From Oopsacas minuta (taxonomy: Eukaryota > Animalia > Porifera): DNA of 7,680 nt. The notes under the pieces were generated by a model, which was not told the DNA's origin, did no database searches, and saw only the letters and a program-made list of their open reading frames with translations. Position numbers and translations under genes: made by a program. The DNA is taken from positions 1 to 7,680 of the forward strand of contig JAKMXF010000183.1 in the NCBI GenBank assembly GCA_024704765.1. The letters are read 5' to 3'. Shown one piece after another: positions 1-7,680 of this stretch. Each line of letters opens with the position of its first letter. Position 1 is the stretch's first letter.

Positions 1-12
1 CCAGATGCTTTA

Positions 13-396
13 ATGAATGATTTATTGATTCAAAGTAAAAAAGTACGATCGATTAATCAGAATACTAAATTCATTGGTGGAGGAGATGTTAATGGAAGAG
101 CTCTACTAGTTAAAAAATCACTCCTGTCAGCAATGTGGGATGCTTCTTCACTAGATTTCTATGTTTCTAATCTCTCTATAATATTGTGGTTTTACTGGGT
201 GTATGTATTTTTCAAAATTCCGGAGATCAATAGTATCAAGATTTTTGAAAATTTCAAGAACAAGTTACCTTCCTTTTTACGTCTACTCACTCGATTCTTT
301 AAACTTCACATTTCCAACCATGTTCAGCGATATATCCCTATTTTGGATCCTCTTATGTTTATTAATCTATTTGTTAATAGTATTGATTGTGTTTAA
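13..396 (+). other. 127-aa ORF of uncertain status; N-terminal part weakly resembles the start of the GIMAP-like ORF at 6847
   Basis: Listed in the ORF track. NTKFIGGGDVNGR resembles NTKFVLVGDHNCGM at 6853. The rest is low-complexity F/I/L/N/K-rich sequence typical of AT-rich non-coding frames. Confidence 0.2.
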
Positions 397-430
397 AATA
401 TTCAATTATGAACCCGGCTAGGTTAATATA

Positions 431-459
431 CAACAGAACCTCGAGCCCTCGATTATCCG
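431..459 (+). repeat. Isolated degenerate Tc1/mariner-pogo-type MITE terminus remnant
   Basis: TA|CAACAGAACCTCGAGCCCTCGATTATCCG resembles TA|CAGTAGAAC-type termini such as the one at 2651. No convincing partner TIR was found. Confidence 0.3.
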
Positions 460-860
460 TGTGAAAAGAAATATTCCAATTATTATTTTCTTGATTGACA
501 GGAATGTAAATCTGCTTGTCAACTTCTAATTGAACGATATCATAATGTTAGACATATATTCAATTCGATATAGTTAATACTTTAATTTGGAGTTCTTTTA
601 TTGTTTACACCAACACGTAACGTAATATGATAGACCTATAGCAATCTGTTAATTCATTAATTAACACCAAATTTGTGACATGATTTTGAATTTTTGACAA
701 AGAGCAGAAGTTCATATAAATCATACAAACTGTTCAGATATGTAGATTGTGAATTTGAACTAGACATACTTTCAATCATAATGTTATATTGCATTGACAA
801 TCAAGACAGACCCATTATAGTAAGGATAATTGTATGGAAATTTAGATATTGGCTAAATTG

Positions 861-1275
861 ATGGGAAACTCAGAAACAAGTTTGCCAAAAAGCAGGAAAC
901 AAAGCCAACACCTCCATTACCTGTACAAACCCCGCCACATAATGTTACACCAATTCCTCCTAAAAGAGATTTTGATCGCACTTTCATACTAATCGGTAAA
1001 TCAAATAGCGGTAAGAGCACTTTAGCTAATCTGTAATACGAAATTAAGGATAAAGTAACGTTTCCTGTTCACCCATAATTTTTTTCATTTTTCGAAAATA
1101 CAAAGATTTTTGAAACCATATTTCCTAATTGTTGCAAGTTAAATGTGGCGTAGATTTCGGCAAATATATTCAAGAGGGTGGTGATGAAAAGTTTTGGAAC
1201 TATTTTCTAGTCCCCGGCTCTTATTCAGGGAAATACGGTAGACAACCCATACCGATATTATACTCTACTTGCTAG
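861..1275 (+). pseudogene. Disrupted P-loop GTPase gene, AIG1/GIMAP-like, with an N-myristoylation-like start
   Basis: ATG at 861 gives MGNSETSLPK. A 1-nt shift in the A-run at 887-891 joins it to KQETKPTPPLPVQTPPHNVTPIPPKRDFDRTFILIGKSNSGKSTLANL, followed by a stop at 1034-1036 and then YEIKDKVTFPVHP*. The Walker A motif GKSNSGKST lies at 995-1021. In another frame, 1153-1275 reads DFGKYIQEGGDEKFWNYFLVPGSYSGKY, which parallels DSLEQHVKEMCKSKEWDYLLSRVYGRF of the 6847 ORF. Confidence 0.65.
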
Positions 1276-2272
1276 GATCATTTCTATAGGACTTGTCCAA
1301 CAGCTTATAACCTGATGAGCAAATCTGTCCAACCATGATGAAGATATCTCCCCCTGTCCTTTCAGGATGTGGAACAGTCACTCTTCTCTTTGATGATTGT
1401 CCTCTTTATAGGAGGAAAGGGGGACAACTAGTGTTGTAAATGAATATCTTGTATTCAATAACCGGTTGTCGAATGCTTTTGTCATAAATACCCGATTAAC
1501 TGGTTAATGCATTTTATTGCAAAATTGACATACAAAAATTGTACTAAATGTCAATAAATGAAGTTCAACTAAATAGAGATATATTTTAGTGGTAATAATA
1601 ATAATCGGATAATCTTTGTCCGGATTGATTGAGTAACCGGTAAGAGCTACAAACTTGAAATTTGGCATGTGTGTGGAATGCGGTAAATCTAGGAACATGT
1701 TCCAAGATCTAAGCGATATCTCAAAAATTATCTGAGATAGGTGGCGAAATGTATTGACCTATCAGATTTGAGGGTTTACCAATTATGGTAATCATATGAT
1801 ATAGGCTCTAACCCAGTAACTATGTAACTATGACTAAACCACTCTCTTCTGTGGCTATGTCATGTAACCCACTACATTGCGGATTCTATTGTATCCATTA
1901 CTTCAACACACTCACACTAACATTGATGGAATTTCCTCTACAAACACATTGAAATCCTCTCAAAAATGAAATGTTACATTCCTAATTTTAACTTAGTAAA
2001 TTCATTTTGCAAATTCAAATTATATTAATTGCTAATAGATTACTAAGGAAATCTAATTACAATAAAAATTGACTACAGTAATGTATTCAAATTCTTTCAA
2101 TAAATTCTCTGCTTACTACTGATATTTGACTGGAACTGTATACAAACATACCTAAGTACTCAATATGTTTCCAAGGACTAAACAATTGACTAATGTGTTG
2201 TCATATGATATTCCAATAATATGACCTAACAGTACCATAGGATATACATGAGATCTATTTGGGTTCCATATA

Positions 2273-3001
2273 CAGTGAAACCTCTCTAATCGGGGCCTCT
2301 GAAATCGGAGTATTGAATTTCGCGAAAATATTTTCCCATACAAATGAACCTCTGGGATCGGGAAATAGCGACAATCGGGGAATCGGGGCAAACCCTGAAA
2401 ATCTAATTCTTTCAGCTTGCATAGAACTAATACTAATATCCCCTACGCAATCGGGGCATCAATACTGAAATCAACTCAATAAACTTTTATTTCGCAATAA
2501 CTATCGAATAAAACACAATATAAATGCTATCTAAGCGAAATTTTCACTTTAGAGAGGTGTTCAGGATAAGCAATATGTAGCAGAATTAAATATTTTAACG
2601 TTACAGTTTAACCAGCAATACGAAACAATAGTATGACATAATATGAACTACAGTAGAACTCGGTTAAGACTTACTCGGCTTAAGACGTGCTCTCGGATAA
2701 GACTTACTTGTCTCCAATAACCGAAATTCTCTCCTATCTAATCCATTATAAATGATTCCGTTAAGACGTGCTAAATTATTCTTCCCAAAAGGACAAATGT
2801 ATTGAATGGTACTCGGATAATTCGTGCTCGGTTAATACGTACTTTTTATTGTTTCCCAAGCTAGTACGTCTTAACATATATACGGGTAATAGTGATTTTG
2901 ACACAATACCACACTGAAATCCAGAATCGGGGAATTTCCACAATCGGGGCGTCAAAAATTTTCCCAGTATCCTGCATGCCCCGATTCCAGAGGTTTCACT
3001 G
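2273..3001. mobile_element. Non-autonomous MITE of the Tc1/mariner-pogo (Tigger-like) type, 24-bp TIRs, TA target duplication
   Basis: Left TIR CAGTGAAACCTCTCTAATCGGGGC (2273-2296). The reverse complement of the right TIR (2978-3001) is CAGTGAAACCTCTGGAATCGGGGC, 22/24 identical. TA flanks at 2271-2272 and 3002-3003. Internal AATCGGGG motifs at 2288, 2373, 2381, 2449, 2925 and 2942. No transposase ORF. Confidence 0.9.
2651..2875. mobile_element. Second TA-inserting MITE nested in the first, right TIR truncated
   Basis: TA (2649-2650) followed by CAGTAGAACTCGGTTAAGAC. Repeated CTCGG(T/A)TAAGAC-like motifs at 2659, 2674, 2692, about 2758, 2812 and 2827. An inverted GTCTTAAC at 2868-2875 matches 2663-2670, but the outer 12 bp of the expected TIR are replaced by ATATATA. 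Confidence 0.7.
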
Positions 3002-3571
3002 TATTTCGCAATCTAACATATCAGATAAGTGAGTTTACGAATAAGGAAATAATGTATTATTCGATCTTAGGATCTAACTTTGGTTAAGTAGATTGCAAAA
3101 ATTAACTAATTGTTCCTATTTTGCAAAATTATTCAAATGGCAATTTATTAAACCTGTATCTAAGCTAGTGAATGTAATCATTACAGTACTTAGATATTAT
3201 TTTACCGCTTATAGTGAGTAGTTTAAATGGTATGAAATGCTCAAACAGTGAAAGACATGAAGATAAATTACTGATAAACGTTTACCTAACTATATTATGT
3301 GGAATTAATGATTAATTTATGGCCAATGTAATGCTATCGAATGGCGAACACTTTATCGCCTGGACATTTAGTCGGGATATTCATCGATAAGTATATTCCG
3401 GAAGTATTAAATAATAAAACGGTCACAAATTTTAATATATGCTGTATTATATGGAAGAGATAAATAAGTGTATTAAATTATATAAACGAGATACGTGTAT
3501 TATATGTGTGGTTTAAAATTGAAAGTTGTGTGCTATCCCTTTTAAATAGGAGAGAGTTTCTCTATTGTCAT

Positions 3572-3587
3572 CATAGGTGTCGATCTT
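3572..3587 (+). repeat. Left terminal inverted repeat of the hAT element
   Basis: CATAGGTGTCGATCTT, inverted partner at 6617-6632 (14/16). Confidence 0.8.
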
Positions 3588-3606
3588 GACGGGGCAGGCC
3601 CCGTCA
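3587..3606. repeat. Perfect GC-rich subterminal palindrome
   Basis: TGACGGGGC-AG-GCCCCGTCA, 9-bp arms. A related motif GGGCCTGGCCC lies at 6582-6592 near the right end. Confidence 0.8.
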
Positions 3607-3659
3607 GGTTTTGGGCTATCAGACTTCGGAAGTTTTAATTACGTTTGTCAGGGGTAATT

Positions 3660-3850
3660 CATTTAACAAGGAAGCCATTAATTATTAATACAGTTTCACG
3701 CTTTTCTATAACACCGATTATTTTGTATTCAGAATCCTGACCCATGTTCACTAACTAGAGGTGTTCACTATTTGGAAGTTAAACTGTACTTACATTTTCA
3801 CGGAAGCCATTAAGTATTTATTCTGTCATTTAGCAAGGAAGCCACTAGTT
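3660..3850 (+). repeat. Subterminal direct repeats of the hAT left end (GGAAGCCAYTA x3)
   Basis: Core copies at 3670-3680, 3802-3812 and 3837-3847. Extended copies CATTTAACAAGGAAGCCATTAATT (3660-3683) and CATTTAGCAAGGAAGCCACTAGTT (3827-3850) are 21/24 identical. Confidence 0.75.
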
Positions 3851-3931
3851 CTAGTCAAAGTAGTTACGTATATACATTTGAACTTTCAATTAATTATTAC
3901 AATTTCTATCCTTCTAAATGGATAGATTCTA

Positions 3932-6439
3932 ATGTCTAGCTTGAAACGTACTGAACCTATGTCGCATGAAGCGCAACACCCTGAAAAAAAGAGATAGACC
4001 CTGCTCTCATCATTTCTTCCGACGGCAACTAAATAACTTCCCCGTCGGAAACTAAGTTCTACAATTCAAACGAAGTTCCCACGTCCAGCAAGGTCGCAGA
4101 TATATCTTGTGACGATCTCGACGATCAACATGTGATTGGTAGTGCGTTCGAGGTGCATTTGGGAATTTTGAAAAACGGCTTCCTATTTTGCAAGATGTTA
4201 GCATGTTACCGAATGTGCTTCCAAGTGCCGAATGTAAAGATGGCCGTAGTAGATTTCTCAAGAAAGAGTGGTTCAAGAAATATTCCTGGTTGAAGCTCAA
4301 TGACGACCTGTCACTGTCTGTATGCTATTGGGCAATCCAAAACAAGCGAATCCACCCATCGGAGCGTGGAAACACCCTGGAGAACTCCAAATGGACCAAG
4401 ACGAACACAGAAGAGGGCTGGGCCAGCTTCAAATATGGAAAGAGCCATCTGGACGGCCACGAGGGCGTTGACCACACTAATGCGTGGCGTGTATATCAAA
4501 TGGAGCTGAATAAGCAAAATTGTGATCCTATGTTTGAGACAAAACGCTCCGAAGAAATCAGAAGAAACAGAGTGGGGCTCAGGGTGACTTTCGATAACTT
4601 CATGACGTGTGCAACCCAAGGACATGGTGATGAGAAGCAGACTGGAAACCTCTGGAATCTTGTGTCTTTAGTGAGCCGGTTCAACAAAGATGCCAAGAAA
4701 TATTTCACAAATGACTCAGATTCCAAGATCAAGTTTCTCAGTTCGGGAATTCAAAATGAAATGATAATGTTGTTGGCTGACAATCTGTTGAAGTTCTTCT
4801 CATCTAAAATCCGCGAAGAATCTACCGCTGGACAGGCCAAAGCAGAGGGACGTTTCTTTTACTCTTGTATCATGGACGAGACTGAGGATATTAGGACGCG
4901 TGAACAAGTCAGTGTTGTGTACGGTATGTAGATGCTGAGTTGGCTCTGACAGAAGTATTTCTAGGGTTCTTCCACACAATAACAACCGACGCTGGAGCAT
5001 TGCTAATGGTTCTTAAGGAGGCTCTCGTTTCCTTAAACCTTCCGTTTGGGAACTTCAGGGGACAGGGCTATGATGGGGCAGCCAATATGAGTGGATGTGA
5101 GCACGGTCTCCAAGCTAAGGTCAGGGAGGAGAACCCGCGTGCTCTTTGGATGTATTGCTTTGGACATGACCTAAACCTTGTAGTGCAAGACAGTATGAAG
5201 GACCGTGATATGGAGAACGCAATTCAAAAAATGCACTCTGTCATAACTTTTATCAAGGCATCCCCGAAGAGGTACGAGGTATTTAAGAAGATGGCAGCAC
5301 AAGAAGGTCACTATGACCGTCACGAGATAAGACCACTGTGTCCAACCAGGTGGGTAATGAGACTAGCCTCTGTCGATAGCATGCTTCTGCATTATACTAC
5401 AGTATTAATGCAACTCGAGACCGCTCTGGATGACCGTGAGCTCAAGCCTGATAAGCGCGCAGAAACACAAGCGTTCGTACGCTCCTTGGAGGAGTTCAAT
5501 ACGTACTTTTGTATCAGAACTTTCCAGAAGCTATTGCTCATCACCAACCCCATTCACGTGATGTGCCAGGCTAAACGTGTCACTGTAGGGAACGTGAGGT
5601 CCTGGGTCCAAAGTTTGATTGCTACACTGTCTGGTATTGGGGCAGATGAAGTTGGTGCTGCATTCTTCTACCAGGAAGTAAAAGCCGCTGCTCACAAGCT
5701 GTGGATCGACGAACCAAAGCTTCCTGGAGTTCCCCGAGCTCGGCGCGGAGATGCCGCTGATGTTGATGATGCTGACGAAATCTCTAATCGCATCGAAGAG
5801 CTCTACGTCAAAATATTTATCAAGATAAGATATTATGAACTTTGTAATTCAAAACAAGTAAGCATTAAATTACAACATTGTTTTTGCAAGGTTTTCTCTT
5901 CAGCTGCAACATCTCTGATCCTGCGGTACTCACGCCAGGACCTTCGTATGACGGAACTTCTACGCCACTCAATCGAGGATCCTGACATGGCAGAAGCAGA
6001 GTTGACCGAGCTCATAACCTTCTACGATGGCGACCTACCAAGCATGGAACAATTTAAATGGGAGAGGCAGGCCTGGTATGGTAGGTGTGACGAACAGGTT
6101 ATAGAAAAGACTTGGGAAGGTCTCAGGAAGGTTTTATCTTCTGAGCACGGAATGCGAGGAATGCTAAAAGGGATGCACACAACTCTAGTGTTGTACCTAG
6201 TCCTACCCGCCACCACCTGTGAAGCGGAGCGGTCGTTCAGTATGCTTCGCTGGCTGCTCACCTACATACGCTCCATGCAGGGCCAAGAGAAACTCAGTGG
6301 CCTGGCCATTCTAAACTGACACAGAGATGTTGTACGTGAGGTGCTACCAATAGGGAAGATGATGGAAAATTTCATTGAGAGGACGACTGTGAGGAGGAAC
6401 ATGTTTTTGATGTGGAGAACTACTGAACTAGATTTTTGA
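3932..6439 (+). pseudogene. hAT transposase pseudogene (TTF-type zinc finger, DUF4371, DDE core, hAT dimerisation domain)
   Basis: Motifs: WFKKYSWL..SVCYW and H..H (TTF-like finger); NRVGL..QGHGDE..GNL..IQNE (DUF4371); IMDET (first D); GQGYDGAANMSG (second D); CFGHDLNL (CxxH); LCPTRW; PATTCEAERSFS (E). Lesions: stops near 3995 and 4034, a frameshift near 4130-4150, a 1-nt shift near 4920 (restores QVSVVxRYVDAELALTEVFLGF), and TGA at 6317-6319 followed by in-frame HRDVV..ENFIERTTVRRNMF to TGA at 6437-6439. The start at 3932 is tentative. Confidence 0.9.
5825..5890 (+). other. Probable phase-0 intron in the transposase with the GT donor mutated to AT
   Basis: 66 nt with 15 G+C (23%) inside roughly 50% GC coding DNA. 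It begins AAG|ATAAGA (GTAAGA-like) and ends TTTTTGCAAG|GTT. Removal gives EELYVKIFIK|VFSSAATSLILRY, which fits the usual hAT segment. Confidence 0.6.
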
Positions 6440-6616
6440 TTTTTGTGAATTTCATAGTTGCGTCTTCTTATAGTTTATGCTTTTGTTCAGTTTTGTTGGC
6501 TAAATTTAATGTTAAGACTTATTATATTAGACGTACTATGTACTATTATGAATTTCGACGCAATGAACCCCGAAGCCTCGTGGGCCTGGCCCGTTAGCTT
6601 TATTCTGAAATCTGAA

Positions 6617-6632
6617 AAGTTCGACGCCTATG
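6617..6632 (-). repeat. Right terminal inverted repeat of the hAT element
   Basis: AAGTTCGACGCCTATG, inverted partner of 3572-3587. Confidence 0.8.
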
Positions 6633-6798
6633 TTTACATAACTTAGTTTTTGTTCAGCTTCCACCAATAAAGTATAATTACATCTCATACATTAATTCAA
6701 CTGTTCTTAACCGTGGGCGTACCCCCAAGGGAGACCCATCCTATTAGGATATAATTATATTAGTATATGGAATCGTACTTCAGCTTATTTGTGGTACA

Positions 6799-6845
6799 CT
6801 GATAATCTTCGAATTTTGTTTGCTTTTTTCTTTTTGAAACAACAG
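6799..6845 (+). promoter_or_regulatory. Likely 3-prime splice acceptor immediately upstream of the GIMAP-like ORF
   Basis: CTGAT branch-like motif (6799-6803), pyrimidine tract TTTTGTTTGCTTTTTTCTTTTT (6814-6835), then AACAG|CATG. An in-frame TGA lies at 6835-6837. Confidence 0.55.
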
Positions 6846-6846
6846 C

Positions 6847-7680
6847 ATGAGTAACACCAAATTTGTATTGGTTGGAGATCACAATTGTGGCATGAACTCT
6901 TTACAAAAGATGTTAGAACAGACTCGTAACAGTTCTATTAAGGTAGAATGTTTGAAGGGTGAAATATTGAACGCTAAACCTAAGTTTACAAAGTTACTAC
7001 AAGACAGATCAAACTACACAGTGTTCCTTATAGTAATTCCAATAACATTGAGAGTGCCACCAGCGCAATGGTTAGATTGGCTGAAGACTGAATGTAACAA
7101 TTTGGCTCTTTCATCTGTTAACCTTTTCAGGAATGCAATAATTGTATTCACTCATGTAGACAAGGTTAGCCCAACTCTTGATATTGACTCATTAGAACAA
7201 CATGTGAAAGAGATGTGTAAGAGTAAAGAGTGGGATTATCTGCTTAGCCGTGTTTATGGCCGTTTTGTCTGTGTAAACTCAATCTTACAAGAATTAGAAT
7301 ACAGACGTAAAATTGTGAATGAAATTATTAAAATTTCCAAACCATCTTACACAATCTTGATCCATGGGAACAATCATGCGAATTCTTCAATACTATTCAC
7401 AAAATTACAATTATCCGACTGCGATAATGTAATTGAATTGAAAGATATACGAATGAAGTTCTATTTCTATCCAGATCTTGATCTATTCCAGGGATTACAA
7501 CAGCATGATTGTGGAGATATTATCAGGAATTTGATTGGTAACCCTGTGTACCATGGTCAGGGCATTACTCTCATTTTACTATTAATCAGTCAGGAAGAGA
7601 TATTCTCCAGAGACATGAAAGAGATGATAATTGATCTTCCACACAATGAACATTATCGGATGGACCTTAAGACTGATAAG
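6847..7680 (+). CDS. AIG1/GIMAP-like protein with tandem degenerate G-domains; open to the window end (3-prime partial)
   Basis: Manual translation gives 278 stop-free codons starting MSNTKFVLVGDHNCGMNSLQKML. Domain 1 has a degenerate P-loop (GDHNCGMN), VFLIVIP, FRNAIIVFTHVDKV (AIG1-type TxxD G4) and YLLSRVYGRFVCVN. Domain 2 starts near 7348 with YTILIHGNNHANSS, KFYFYPDLD and GITLILLLISQEEIF. It is probably absent from the ORF track because it has no stop inside the window. Confidence 0.75.
   Translation, partial: MSNTKFVLVGDHNCGMNSLQKMLEQTRNSSIKVECLKGEILNAKPKFTKLLQDRSNYTVFLIVIPITLRVPPAQWLDWLKTECNNLALSSVNLFRNAIIVFTHVDKVSPTLDIDSLEQHVKEMCKSKEWDYLLSRVYGRFVCVNSILQELEYRRKIVNEIIKISKPSYTILIHGNNHANSSILFTKLQLSDCDNVIELKDIRMKFYFYPDLDLFQGLQQHDCGDIIRNLIGNPVYHGQGITLILLLISQEEIFSRDMKEMIIDLPHNEHYRMDLKTDK

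Larger units (their letters stand above)
3572..6632 (+). mobile_element. hAT-superfamily DNA transposon (ZMYM1-like/DUF4371 transposase), apparently full length but decayed
   Basis: Left end CATAGGTGTCGATCTT (3572-3587). The reverse complement of the right end (6617-6632) is CATAGGCGTCGAACTT, 14/16 identical. These ends enclose a hAT transposase pseudogene. The 8-bp TSD is not clean: taking TAGG..CCTA as the ends gives flanks TGTCATCA and TGTTTACA (5/8). Confidence 0.85.

Noticed and set aside
203-421. 72-aa ORF overlapping 13-396
   Set aside because: Low-complexity hydrophobic translation of T-rich DNA with no support.
724-861. Open stretch YKLFRYVDCEFELDIL resembling the hAT RYVD motif
   Set aside because: The match is only about four residues, with no flanking DET or EVFLGF motif.
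1504-1698. 64-aa minus-strand ORF
   Set aside because: Short, AT-rich and with no recognisable motif.
1692-1703. Palindrome GGAACATGTTCC containing a p53-type half-site
   Set aside because: Only one half-site with no adjacent second decamer, which is expected by chance.
2152-2468. ORFs 2152-2391 (-) and 2259-2468 (+)
   Set aside because: Short frames running through MITE terminal repeats, with no recognisable domain.
2288-2986. Repeated AATCGGGG and CTCGGTTAAGAC motifs as a CRISPR array or satellite
   Set aside because: The motifs are 8-13 bp, irregularly spaced and derived from MITE TIRs, with no repeat-spacer periodicity and no cas genes.
4910-4945. Programmed ribosomal frameshift joining the two transposase ORFs
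   Set aside because: No slippery heptamer is present, and the other stops and shifts in the gene indicate simple decay.
4052-6261. Minus-strand and alternate-frame ORFs overlapping the transposase (4052-4300, 4300-4509, 4311-4625, 4496-4732, 4800-5000, 5833-6015, 6022-6261)
   Set aside because: Shadow frames of GC-richer coding DNA with no independent motifs.
6317-6319. TGA as recoded (Sec or readthrough) codon
   Set aside because: It is more simply a nonsense mutation in a multiply disabled pseudogene, and no SECIS-like evidence was seen.
6458-6646. 62-aa hydrophobic ORF
   Set aside because: TTG start, lies in the T-rich 3-prime end of the element and crosses the TIR, so it is a compositional artefact.

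Overview
AT-rich eukaryotic, probably animal, genomic DNA with no prokaryotic features. The centre holds an apparently full-length but decayed hAT DNA transposon (3572-6632). It has 16-bp imperfect TIRs and a TTF-zinc-finger/DUF4371/hAT-dimerisation (ZMYM1-like) transposase broken by stops and frameshifts, and it probably retains a 66-nt intron with a mutated donor. A TA-flanked Tc1/mariner-pogo-type MITE (2273-3001) carries a second, right-truncated MITE nested inside it (2651-2875). The most interesting host content is absent from the supplied ORF track. A stop-free reading frame from 6847 to the window end (278 codons) reads as tandem, catalytically degenerate AIG1/GIMAP-like G-domains. A disrupted paralog at about 861-1275 has an N-myristoylation-like start and an intact P-loop. 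Together these suggest a TE-invaded cluster of GIMAP-like GTPases and pseudo-GTPases. All family calls come from manual translation and motif recognition; no database search was run.
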